Assembly: GCA_020137815.1 (NCBI GenBank) | Contig: CM035351.1 | Coordinates: 5,518,001 to 5,582,000 of the forward strand | Reading direction: 5' to 3' | DNA: 64,000 bases | Source of the DNA: Hormiphora californensis | Lineage: Eukaryota; Animalia; Ctenophora | Shown here: in pieces, positions 38,362-50,990 of the stretch | Position numbering within the stretch: the first letter of the stretch is position 1 | Layout of the letters: every line of letters starts with the position of its first letter | Position numbers and translations under genes: made by a program | Notes under the pieces: generated by a model | What the model was told of the DNA's origin: nothing | Databases searched by the model: none | The model's input: only the letters and a program-made list of their open reading frames with translations

Positions 38362-38888
38362 ATGTCTAAGTCGGTGCACCAACTCGTCGTCTCCCTGGTT
38401 GACGATCTCTTTGGGCCAATATGTGCTAAGGCAGTGTCGATAGTCCTTCAGAGCAGCTTTGTTACACTTAAAGACATAACAGAAAAGACTGGTTTCGATA
38501 GGCGGACAGTTAACCAGTGTCTCTGTGTCCTGGTGAAACATCGGTTTCTACAGTTCGAGGAGATGGGTGAAAAATCAACGACAGTTCGGTATTCCATAGA
38601 TCTATCCCATGCTCTTACCCTTCCTTTGTACCCACTGTTCGTGAGTATGGTGAAGGACAACCATGGGGACATTGCGGAGATAATCCTAGAGGAGGTTCTG
38701 CATCAAGGTGTGACAACTAAAGACGCGGTATTAGAAACCTGCCTGGGAAGACTGTCCAGTACCTCCAAGGATCCTGTTAAAATGGACGGCTTGACATCTT
38801 TATTTGATGTAAGTATGTGTGCAGAGGAGGGTATTATGTTTCGAATTGTAGTCTAAAACGCGGTACATACTTGCATTTTTCGACCCCC

Positions 38889-38952
<64 letters not shown>

Positions 38953-41900
38953 GCCCCAGATGGCAGATATACTACTCGGGACTCGGGTTGTGTTTTTTCA
39001 TATTCAAATATGAAAATCCTTCTCTCTCGACCCCCTCAGGTTTTGGTTTCTCGTGGATACATTGAGAAGACAACACAAGACCCTGACCCAACGTACGAAC
39101 CACCCGCTAAGAAGAAGAGGATGGGAAACCTTTGGCGTATAAACAGCAGCGCCTTTTACACCTCTCTCCGAGACAAACATTTGGTACATGTATGGGTGTG
39201 CTATTTTTTCAAATGCCTAATTTAATTCAAAATTTCACTTGGTATCGGGTTAAATGAGCTCCTACGATCATTCTAAAACATTTTATCACAAAGTTTTGGC
39301 TCTACCATGGCCCAATTACGTTGGCACGAGCTATGCCCATATATGGGCATATTCATTTCAAAAAGTCTGTTTTAGGGCGTTATTTCGAACAAAACACACA
39401 TATAAATCGTCTCGTGACAACTTATACAACTGTTACTTTCAGTTTAAGCCTTCAGATATCCACTTTATGAACAAAAATAAAAGTTTTTCTCCCTTTTTTT
39501 TCTTGCTAATTTTACCAACTTGCAGAATCGTGGGGACAAATTTTAATTTTTTTAGTTTTTTCTTGGTGGAAAGCAAATTTTGGTTGTAATCGACTAATTT
39601 TGGCCTGCGGAACACGATCCCGTTCATGAAAAAGCTCTCAAAATTCAAGAACATGTCCAAAATGAACATTTTTTGTCCAAAATGAACATTTTTTGTCAAA
39701 AATGAACATTTTAGGTCAAAAATGAACTTTAGCATCATTTAATGATGCATATCAATTCCTGTCAGTTTCGAGGTGCTGAACACAATCCTGACCATAAAAA
39801 GTTGATATGAAGAACATGTCAAAAACTGGTGAAAATCACACATATTTTTCTGTTTCTACCATTTTTCGGTTAAAAACTACACTTTTTAAATCGCGATGCC
39901 AACGTAACTGACAAACACTATCCCGATTCTGTTTTGCTGATGTGATAGAGAATTGTCCATAGTTTCACATTAGCTAGATACTGAATGGCCTAGTCGAAAA
40001 AAAATTGAAATAGCACACCCTAGGTTATATTGGAGGGGGGTGACACGTAACACTTTGTAACAGAAAATGTTACATGTCACACCCCCCCCCCCCAATATAT
40101 CGTAGAATAATATATTCTAAGAATATGTTATATGTGTTTCAACCACTGGAGAAATGTTCCGTTGATAACACCGTGTGTGTGTGTGTGTGGTTAATCAGTG
40201 ATTCTTTTCCAGATTGATTTTATGAGGAACAGGTTCGACGAGGGAGCGGGGGATGTTGTCGCGGTTATTCTGGCCCTCAACAACCAACTAGAGGGAGACA
40301 TGGCTCAGGTGTCATCCGCCGCCACTTACGACCAGGTTTACAAAATTTACACCAATCAGAACTCGTTATTTGGGTCACGTGACTGGTTATTAGCCAATCA
40401 GGGACCAGTATTTCCTGATTCGGTCACTTCAGGTTGTTCGAAGCTGCAGGTTTAGAAACGACCAGGTACCTGCAGGTTTAGAAAATTCACTCACTCACTT
40501 TAAGTTGTTCGAAGCTGTAGGTTTAAAACCAGGTTTAGAAACGACCAGGTTTAGTTAATTGAATGTCTGAATTTATTAAATCGCATCCGAACTAATTATT
40601 TTCCTTGTTCGACCCTCTCTCTTTCTCCATGTAAAGGAGGGTTACAACATAACAACCGGTTATGGTAACAGTTTAACAAACAAATGACCCGGCATTTCAG
40701 ATACTTCACGGTTTAAAAAGCAAGAAACCTGATTTGGTGCCATTTGCGAAGAGTTACTTAGATGTACTTATCAACAGTGATATGGGTAAGCCATTGGTGT
40801 GTGAACAATGTTCACTGAACATCACAGATAACTAATTGGAAATGACATTATACCCCTCTGCACGAGCACCCCAGTTTAAAACGTAAATGTGTGACTTTGT
40901 AACTAAGAACATCACACCCTTTAATGACTCTAGTTTTCTTCTTTTTTTTTCCCCGTTTCTTCTCCGCATGACTCTAGTTCCAAACCTACTTTCATTCTAT
41001 TATTAACAGGTATCGTTAAGATGATAGAAGAGTACGGTGGGGGCTCCTTTGTCGTTCACTATGGAAAGTTTTACGAGGAATACACAAAACACCACATCCG
41101 ATCGATTGTGAAGGAACGATTTGGACCCAAATGCCATCGGGTGTTTTCCATTGTCCTTGCTCAGAAAATGATAGAACAAAAACAAGTAGGTGCAGGGGTG
41201 CCAGATATAATGAGAATGATCAAATGAAAAATAAGTAGGTATCACTAATAGAAACTCGATTTTCCCTACTCATTTCTCGCTTGTGCGTGTATCAGCACAA
41301 CACTTTTATTCTCCCCCTTTCCAAGGTAGCAGAGTTGGCCCTCTTACCCTACAAAGATGCAAAGGAGCTCCTTTATACCCTCTACACAGAGAACTTCCTG
41401 GAAATTCAGGAGCTTCACCGGACCCCTGATTTCTCTCCCCTCCGCACATTCTACCTGTTCAATGTTCCGCTTGATAAACTCCGACAGAAACTGCTCAACA
41501 CGTGTTACAAGGCAGTTTTCAACTTGATGGAACTTAGAAAACAGAAATTAAATGTAAGTTTTTGAATGGTTTCACCCCTCATATAACCACATGGTAATTA
41601 GCCGATTCTCAACCCCATCGCTCACTACATAAACACGCCGTACGATCTCTCAGTTCTCACATCCAACAGGACTTACATAACTTATAGAACTTACATAACT
41701 TACAGGACTTAAATAACTTACAGAACTTACATAATCCATGTATAATGTCGCACACACTGTTCTAGGAGAACAACAGACTGGTAGAGAAGTCGTTACGGGC
41801 AGATGCGGCTGTGTTGCAGGCAACCCAAAAGGGAATCCCAGCTGATCAGCTAGAGGACATGCTGACAAACAGTGAGAAACAGCAGCTAGCTGGGTGTATG

Positions 41901-41990
41901 AGAGTGGTAAAAATACTGGATTTAGGGGAAATCAGTGTGGTGGATACCGTACTGGCACTGACACATTTCGGTACCATGGCAATGACGTGA
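38362..41990 (+). CDS. POLR3C: RNA polymerase III subunit RPC3 (RPC62/C82)
   Basis: Exons 38362-38808, 39040-39183, 40213-40335, 40701-40785, 41010-41185, 41326-41553 and 41766-41990. Motifs VNQCLCVLVKH, IVKERFGPKCHRVF, IEQKQV and AKELLYTLYTENFLEIQELHRTPDFSPLRTFYLF. Confidence 0.93.
39194..40020. mobile_element. Probable non-autonomous DNA transposon in POLR3C intron 2
   Basis: 13-bp TIR GGGTGTGCTATTT / AAATAGCACACCC and internal AAAATGAACATTTTT repeats. No clean TSD. Confidence 0.55.
40350..40425. mobile_element. hAT-type MITE family A, internal fragment
   Basis: ACCAATCAGAACTCGTTATTT.GGTCACGTGACTGG...TTTCCTGATTCGGTC core. Confidence 0.8.
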
Positions 41991-42152
41991 TACTTTTTGG
42001 ACTGTTTTAATATATCGCTGTGTGTGTAATTTATTTTATTTTTTATCCATCCTGATATAATTTTGTATCATGCCCTCTCTCTCCTGCCCTATCTGTATCT
42101 GATCAAACACAGATATTGCTAACTGACCTAATCGCATGACATCTTTCCTAGC

Positions 42153-43727
<1,575 letters not shown>

Positions 43728-44062
43728 GATTTAGGATAGAGTCTCTTTCTTTTATTTTCCAGTCAATGTTTTATCAAACTCCACGATTTACTACGGTGCT
43801 ATTTGGTAACGAAATTACCCACCTAACTAAGACATCGCGGTAGTAAGGCACGTTTTAGCATACCCGCAAGGTAGGGGTAATTTAGTTACCAGGGAAGTTA
43901 TCCTGTTTTTTTGTATGTATTTTTTTTTGTATGTATTTTTCATCAAATTAATTGATAATGAGTGCAGAATTATATATCTGGATTTATATCGAAAGAGTTA
44001 TGTTTATTTTGATAACCGATTTTCTTTTAATCTAAACGCCTGTGAAGTTTTCCATTGCCTCA

Positions 44063-44176
<114 letters not shown>

Positions 44177-44351
44177 TCTATCTCTCTCCCTCCGCTCTCT
44201 CTCCCTCACCCTCCCTCACCTCCCTTCTTCCCTAACCATCTTGCTACCTTCCTATCCTCACCAGTCACCATCTGACTCCCTCTATATTCTCGTCTCTACC
44301 AACTCTCTCCTTCTCTAACCAACTCTCTCTCTCCCATAGCTCCCATTATAT

Positions 44352-44774
44352 ATGTCAGGGGAACTAGTCACCCACCGTGGGTCCTGTCACTGTGGCAAAG
44401 TCCAATTCGAGGTGTCCGCCCCAGCTGTCTTGGAGGTATGGCACTGCAATTGTAGTGTCTGTACTAAGAAGCAGAACCATCACTTTGTGGTGCCGGAGGG
44501 ACGGTTTACATTGTTGGAAGGCTCAGTTGAGTACCTTACCACGTATACCTTCAACACTCACCGTGCTAAACACACGTTCTGTAAGGTGTGCGGGGTACAA
44601 AGCTTCTACAAGCCCCGTTCAAATCCTGACGGGATAGGGGTGATGCCCCATTGTATTGATTCTGACACAATAGAGAGGATGATTGTTAGGGAGTTTGATG
44701 GGAGAGATTGGGAAACTTGTATACAGGGTTCTGATATTGTAGGGCAATCCTCCGAGAACAATGGATGTGATTAA
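44352..44774 (+). CDS. CENPV: Centromere protein V-like / GFA-domain protein
   Basis: HRGSCHCGKVQF, CNCSVC and YTFNTHRAKHTFCKVCGVQSFYKPRSNPDG. Confidence 0.92.
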   Translation: MSGELVTHRGSCHCGKVQFEVSAPAVLEVWHCNCSVCTKKQNHHFVVPEGRFTLLEGSVEYLTTYTFNTHRAKHTFCKVCGVQSFYKPRSNPDGIGVMPHCIDSDTIERMIVREFDGRDWETCIQGSDIVGQSSENNGCD

Positions 44775-44977
44775 TAGGGATGGACTGTTATTTTAATGTG
44801 TGATCTTTTCTGTGTGTTTTTGGGTTTATTTTACCGTGCTTGTTATTTTGTTGCTTATTTTACTGTTTTTAGGAAATCTGATCAGATCTTATTGACTTTT
44901 TTCTCAGTACTACAGGTGCCTCCCACTTACATGTTACTCCTGCAGCACTGACACCCGATTTATCTCCATGACAGCAC

Positions 44978-45295
44978 CCCAGTGGCACAAGCTTTCAATT
45001 CTGCCGGAAATGCCAAAATACCGATTTCCCAATTCTGCCGGTTTCTGCCGGAAAAATCGAAAATATTGCCAATATTTACCCGATATTCTGCCGGTTTCTG
45101 CCGGTTTTTTTGATTGTGCGTTTTTAGCCCTAAAAACTCAATTTATAAGGTGTCACCGCTTACATAAAGTTGTAAGAGGCATTCCGGAATCATTCAATTG
45201 GAAAATTTTGGGGGAAAGCGTTTTGGTTCACTGCCGGTTTTACAATTCTGCCGGTCTAAACCGGATTGGGAGATTTGTATTTCTGTGCCACTGGG
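44978..45295. mobile_element. MITE with 8-bp TSD (hAT-like)
   Basis: TIR CCCAGTGGCACA / TGTGCCACTGGG, TSD GACAGCAC at 44970-44977 and 45296-45303, internal TTCTGCCGG repeats. Confidence 0.85.
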
Positions 45296-45304
45296 GACAG
45301 CACC

Positions 45305-46309
45305 ATGTCGATAAGATACCGGGACGAGGTGACAACTAGGGAGCACATACAGGCAACCCAGGATTTCCTCTCCCATCTCTCCCTCGAATCAAACAGACAC
45401 TGCACCAACTACAAACGATCATTCAGCGAGCGGCCTGATGATGAAAGCTTCGTTTGGTCTCGTGATGACGCGAGGGGAGGTAGGAAACTTCAACGATTTT
45501 CATCCTATCCCCTGCAAGCGTGTACCACGCAGATTCGCTTCACTCGCGAGATCGCGAAGGAGGATTGTAGCTCGAGGTTTGTTTTTGTCCCCAACAGCAA
45601 CACTGTCCTGGCAGTGTTCTCCGTGCTGCCCTACAAACCCCGGGAATCATCCGGGACCACAACTCGGGGTCGGGGGATCTTCCAGCGGGAGAGCAGTTGC
45701 ACCTCCGGGTATTCTCACACCATATCCTATGCAGAGTTGTTGGACCACCCCGCTGATGAGTATGATCCCCATTGGTTGGAGGATGGTGTGAGCGCTGTTA
45801 ATCCCAATAGAACTGAGATAGCTCTTCCGGGAACACTCATATCTTTCCTGGAATTTGAAAACCCGGAATCTTACAAGAAGGACACAAATGAGCGGTTTAA
45901 GGAAAAATGGCCAGAGGTAGAGATCACGTTGAGCAAGATGAAGAGCATCAAAAAGGAGCTCCACAAGGTGTCCGTTTCACTTCGTCTCCCCGTGCTAGTG
46001 TTGTGTTACTGCTACTGCTACTTTGAGACACTAGCCCACCGTAGGCACATCACCAAAACCAACCGGAAACTAGCAGCTGGTGCGTGCCTTCTTATCGCAT
46101 GTAAATTCCTCAATTGCTCCACACCCACGGTCCTCTCCGAACTGACGGATGTGTTACGGGTATCCAGTGCGGACGTCCTCGCTCACGAGATGAGAGTGCT
46201 GGCTGCCTTAAAGTTTTCCCTTAGTTACTCTGTGGAGGCGGTGGTGGCTCATTATCAGCGGATTATGGGCCGTAGTGCCGTCCCGGAACTCCTTTCTAGA
46301 CCACCCTGA
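45305..46309 (+). CDS. CABLES: CDK5 and ABL1 enzyme substrate (CABLES)-like cyclin-box protein
   Basis: FLSHLSL near the N-terminus, YDPHWLED, KKDTNERFKEKWPEVEITLSKMKSIKKEL, TKTNRKLAAGACLLIACK and HEMRVLAALKFSL. Intronless. The ATG at 45305 is preferred because the track start lies inside a MITE. Confidence 0.88.
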   Translation: MSIRYRDEVTTREHIQATQDFLSHLSLESNRHCTNYKRSFSERPDDESFVWSRDDARGGRKLQRFSSYPLQACTTQIRFTREIAKEDCSSRFVFVPNSNTVLAVFSVLPYKPRESSGTTTRGRGIFQRESSCTSGYSHTISYAELLDHPADEYDPHWLEDGVSAVNPNRTEIALPGTLISFLEFENPESYKKDTNERFKEKWPEVEITLSKMKSIKKELHKVSVSLRLPVLVLCYCYCYFETLAHRRHITKTNRKLAAGACLLIACKFLNCSTPTVLSELTDVLRVSSADVLAHEMRVLAALKFSLSYSVEAVVAHYQRIMGRSAVPELLSRPP

Positions 46310-46841
46310 TGAGAGAGATTCAATATGCAGATGGGGTAAACAACAAGGATATCATAATATCGTTATAGAGCAGTTTGGATCGGGAAACAATCAACATCAC
46401 CCATTTCGGGGGACGGGGGAAGGAGGTAACTCCCAGTTTGGGCACCTCACTTCACCGATCAAATATTCTCCGTTTATATGCGTGTGTGTGTGACGTGTGT
46501 TATGTGTAAAGATCAGCAGTTGTTAGTACAGAATACAGCAGTAGGCTGAGAGGACACAGACTAACCTGGGCCAGGTCAGGTAGTTTCTGAGTTTCGAAAA
46601 GCTTCGGGGTTGATTATTTTGTTTTATTGTTGTACATAGTTCGCTATTTCAATATTTTTCAAACTTACTAAGCAAATTGTGTAACGGTGGTCACCTAGCA
46701 ACTACACTTGCACGTGCAATTATTAGAGGGACCTGGAGACCTCTCTCCTGCACGTGCATTCTTTTACTTCTGTCCTGATGTCTATCAATCAAATTTTGAT
46801 CCAAATTCCAACTGTTAGTGTGTAAATACAATTTTGTGTAC

Positions 46842-48310
46842 CACGGTGCCCCTTAAGGACGTTCCACCTCGACCGAGTCCCCCAGCAAAACGAACGGTTG
46901 TGTGACCTAAAGGGGACCTCTGGGAACTACGGAGGACCGTGGGGGAAAAGATTTAAAAGTAGCCTAAAAAATTAAAACGATAGAAAGATAGCTATCGTTT
47001 TTCTCACTTTGAAAATACGACATTTCTTTAACAAAATCCTTGATCAGGAAGATGCAAGTGTCTCCCATCTATTTTTTGACGTAGAATCGAATGCCGTTGA
47101 AGTCAAATCTCTAAAATGTTAGAAAAATGGTGAAAATCGCGTTTTTAGGTGTTTTTTGGTGAAAAAAGCGTTCAAACTGGTACTAGATGATGAGATAGAG
47201 TCCCAAAAGTATGACAAATCGCTTTTTTGGGACCTTTTCGCCCTAGAAGCAGATTTTTATGAAAATCTGGTTCAGCGCCTATTCTCTGTATACTTTCAAA
47301 GAAGGTGAATATTGCTCTAATTTAGCCAATTTTGAAGAAAAGTCATCCAAAACAGTACTAGATGATGAGATAGTGGCCCACAAATATAACTAATCGATTT
47401 TTTGGGTCTTTTCCGTCCTAGAAACAAATTTGCATGGCGGTCGGATGATACGTTTCCTCTCGGTAGGCCTCTGAAGTAGGTGGAAATAGCCAAAATATAG
47501 CGATTGCGGCAAATGAATGTGAATAAACGTTGACCAAACCCACTTTAGCATTATGTATGACCTATCTCTGGGCTACTGGACTATGCAAGAGCCATACATG
47601 ATGATGAAGTGGGTTTGGTAAACGTTTATTCACATTCATTTGCCGCAATCGCTATATTTTGGCTATTTCCACCTACTTCAGAGGCCTACCGAGAGGAAAC
47701 GTATCATCCGACCGCCATGCAAATTTGTTTCTAGGACGGAAAAGACCCAAAAAATCGATTAGTTATATTTGTGGGCCACTATCTCATCATCTAGTACTGT
47801 TTTGGATGACTTTTCTTCAAAATTGGCTAAATTAGAGCAATATTCACCTTCTTTGAAAGTATACAGAGAATAGGCGCTGAACCAGATTTTCATAAAAATC
47901 TGCTTCTAGGGCGAAAAGGTCCCAAAAAAGCGATTTGTCATACTTTTGGGACTCTATCTCATCATCTAGTACCAGTTTGAACGCTTTTTTCACCAAAAAA
48001 CACCTAAAAACGCGATTTTCACCATTTTTCTAACATTTTAGAGATTTGACTTCAACGGCATTCGATTCTACGTCAAAAAATAGATGGGAGACACTTGCAT
48101 CTTCCTGATCAAGGATTTTGTTAAAGAAATGTCGTATTTTCAAAGTGAGAAAAACGATAGCTATCTTTCTATCGTTTTAATTTTTTAGGCTACTTTTAAA
48201 TCTTTTCCCCCACGGTCCTCCGTAGTTCCCAGAGGTCCCCTTTAGGTCACACAACCGTTCGTTTTGCTGGGGGACTCGGTCGAGGTGGAACGTCCTTAAG
48301 GGGCACCGTG
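46842..48310. mobile_element. Foldback DNA transposon, Chapaev/CMC-like termini
   Basis: About 704-bp near-identical inverted arms (46842-47545 and 47607-48310) with a spacer of about 60 bp. Termini CACGGTG/CACCGTG are flanked by GTAC. Each arm has an internal subrepeat of about 175 bp. Confidence 0.85.
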
Positions 48311-48855
48311 GTACAGTACATTAGGTCACGTGAACAATATTTTGACCATATATGGTCAAAAAATGGGCCACCTGATCATCACGTGACTGTCATAACATAG
48401 GTTTGCCTAGCTATACTGTGTTTCGGGCGCCCCGCCCCCACCCCTTGACCCTTGTTACATTGCAGTCAGCAGCCAATCAGAGTTATTCCGTGCCAGCACT
48501 CTGCACTGCAGAGTGCTGGCACGGAATAACTCTGATTACTGCAGTCAATAGCCAATCAAAGGCCAGAATGGGTGCCTCACTTGGTCCCGAATCACGCGAC
48601 CAGTCATAATACACTAGTAACTTAAAAAATTGATGTAAAGTTTGCTAATTTTTATACTGTAGATCATCTAAAAGGGTACCTAGTTAATAAGATTATCGAC
48701 AGTTAGGCGCAAGCGCCTAACTGTCGGACCCCTCCGGGGTACCCCCCCGCTTAGAGTCATGAGTGTCATACAGTGAGGTGTTGAGCCCCCCCCCCCCCCG
48801 CCTGCTAAACAAACATAAATTAATTAGGATACCCGGAAATATAAAAATATTATAT

Positions 48856-49650
48856 CTATTTATAAATGAAGGAGGATGCAACAATGGGGAGGATGGGGTC
48901 CCATTGCTGGCTGACGGAAGGAGCTTTGGAAGTCCGGTTGAGCGAGGGCTGGAGGGTCTGGATGGCCGCCTGTTCTAACATGTCAAGATGGGCGGATGAT
49001 GCCGCAGTAGACAGGATCTCCGTAGCACTCCAGTTGATCTCGTGATCGGTGTGGAGAGCTGCTCCTGATTTAATATTCCCAGTGATGAGGTCGACGGGGT
49101 TTTGAGTCTGTATGAGGCCTCGTGTTCTTTAATGCGGACTTGTACTGGCCTTTTAGTCTGACCGATGTAGCTGGCTGGACAGTCTTGACATGGGATCCTG
49201 TATATGACGTTCTGCGTGAGTTGGGGCGGGATCGGGGATTTGGTCTTGGAGAGGAGGGAGCGGAGGTTCGGAGAGGAGGTGTAGGTGACGTCGATGGAGT
49301 ATTTCCGTAAAGTCTGTTTGATCTGGGGCGCCAGGGAGGGATGGTACGGAATGAAGACTCTTTCGTTAGACAATTAAAGAGAAAACAACGATTTTGCAGT
49401 ACTAATATTCAATTAAGAACAGGAGCTTTCGACTGATCTATGTCAGACGTCTTCAGCTATAACAACAATGAAAATGAAAGTGTTTATGTAGTGGAGAAGA
49501 GGATATGGGATCCGGGGAGGGGGAGGAGAGAGGAAGGGATGAGATCCGATCTTTCGTTAGAGGTAGCTGATGATGAACGAGGAGCTGATGATGAACGAGG
49601 AGGACGGGGTCGGTTGAGCATGTGTTTGACGTCATCGATTCGATCTATCT
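48856..49650 (-). mobile_element. Penelope-like element remnant (GIY-YIG endonuclease, frameshifted)
   Basis: VFIPYHP, NVIYRIPCQDCPASYIGQTKR...RIKEH, then after a frameshift HTDHEINWSATEIL...LEQAAI...LNR...QWDPIL, with stop at 48856. Confidence 0.9.
49419..49460 (-). ncRNA. Minimal type I hammerhead ribozyme (Penelope type)
   Basis: Minus strand reads ATAG-CTGAAGA-C-GTCTGA(CATAGA)TCAGTC-GAAA-GC-TC-CTGT. This gives core CUGANGA/GAAA, stem II, palindromic AGCU stem III and a 4-bp stem I. Confidence 0.7.
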
Positions 49651-50338
49651 CAATAATGCTAAACCGAATTATCAGATTCTGGAACATGTTTATTTATTCA
49701 ACATATTCTATACCAGAGGTAGCTGATGATGAACGAGGAGCTGGTGATGAACGAGGAGGATGGGGTCGGTTGAGCATGTGTTTGACGTCATCGATTCGAT
49801 CTATCTCCATAATGCTAAACCGAATTATCAGATTCTGGAGCATGTTTATTTATTCAACATATTCTATACCAGAGGTAGCTGATGATGAACGAGGAGCTGA
49901 TGATGAACGAGGAGGACGGGGTCGGTTGAGCCTGTATTTGACGTCATCGATTCGATCTATCTCAATAATGCTAAACCGAATTATCAGATTCTGGAACATG
50001 TTTATTTATTCAACATATTCTATACCAGAGGTAGCTGATGATGAACGAGGAGCTGATGATGAACGAGGAGGACGTGGTCGGTTGAGCCTGTATTTGACGT
50101 CATCGATTCGATCTATCTCAATAATGCTAAACCGAATTATCAGATTCTGGAACATGTTTATTTATTCAACATATTCTATACCAGAGGTAGCTGATGATGA
50201 ACGAGGAGCTGATGATGAACGAGGAGGACGGGGTCGGTTGAGCATGTGTTTGACGTCATCGATTCGATCTATCTCAATAATGCTAAACCGAATTATCAGA
50301 TTCTGGAACATGTTTATTTATTCAACATATTCTATACC
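49560..50338. repeat. 156-bp tandem repeat x5, partly Penelope-derived
   Basis: Five near-identical units beginning GAGGTAGCTGATGATGAACGAGG. They explain the repetitive 372-aa ORF. Confidence 0.92.
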
Positions 50339-50408
50339 ACCATCGGAATACCACTCAAACAAGTATAAAAACCTGTCCCACAGGACCCTCAAACTACCCC
50401 CAGTCAAC

Positions 50409-50645
50409 ATGATTAAGTTTGTCCTACTTGCTCTCTGCGTCCTCGCAGTTCAGGCGATTCCCAGACCAGACCATCTTGACGACAGTCCCTTCTTTCCCGT
50501 GGACATGGAGGATACTACCCCGGGGCCCACTGAAGCCCCCTCGGAGTGCCGAGTGTGAAAACTTCTTGTATAGCAAGGGAATGAAGTCTAACTATGAAAT
50601 GGCCATCGCTCACAGGCTACACTCCCTAACTGTGGAGGATATCAG
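50409..50645 (+). pseudogene. Orphan first exon of a secreted protein, with one apparent frameshift
   Basis: MIKFVLLALCVLAVQA signal peptide. After a 1-nt shift near 50543 it reads SAECENFLYSKGMKSNYEMAIAHRLHSLTVEDIR, followed by a GTGAGT donor. No cognate downstream exons are visible. Confidence 0.55.
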
Positions 50646-50990
50646 GTGAGTGGTGGGGGGTCGAAGGGGCGGGGGGGGGGGAGAATGTGGTTTCAGTCAA
50701 TTTTCTATAGAAACAGAGGTTTTTGGAGAACACCGTCCCCCCTCCCCTAGTATTTTTCTAACAAAATTGAATTTGACCATTTTATTTCGTTCCCCTTCCC
50801 CTTCCCATCTCGCATACGGCATAGATAATATCTTCACTCCTTATGGCCAACACCCGATCCTAAAGGTATGTCTCCAAGTCCCCGTAGGTCTCGTAGGGAT
50901 AATCGGTATGGAGAACGATGTTAACAATGCTCTCTCTCTCTCTCTCTGTCTCTCCCAGTCAATATATCTTCACCCTCTCTCTCACCCAGG

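Noticed and set aside
46842-46880. RAG/Transib RSS-like end (CACGGTG heptamer)
   Set aside because: No nonamer at 12/23 spacing and no 5-bp TSD; a 4-bp flank fits Chapaev better.
49440-50408. 372-aa repetitive ORF as a real protein
   Set aside because: It arises from a 156-bp tandem repeat antisense to Penelope sequence and has no domain signal.
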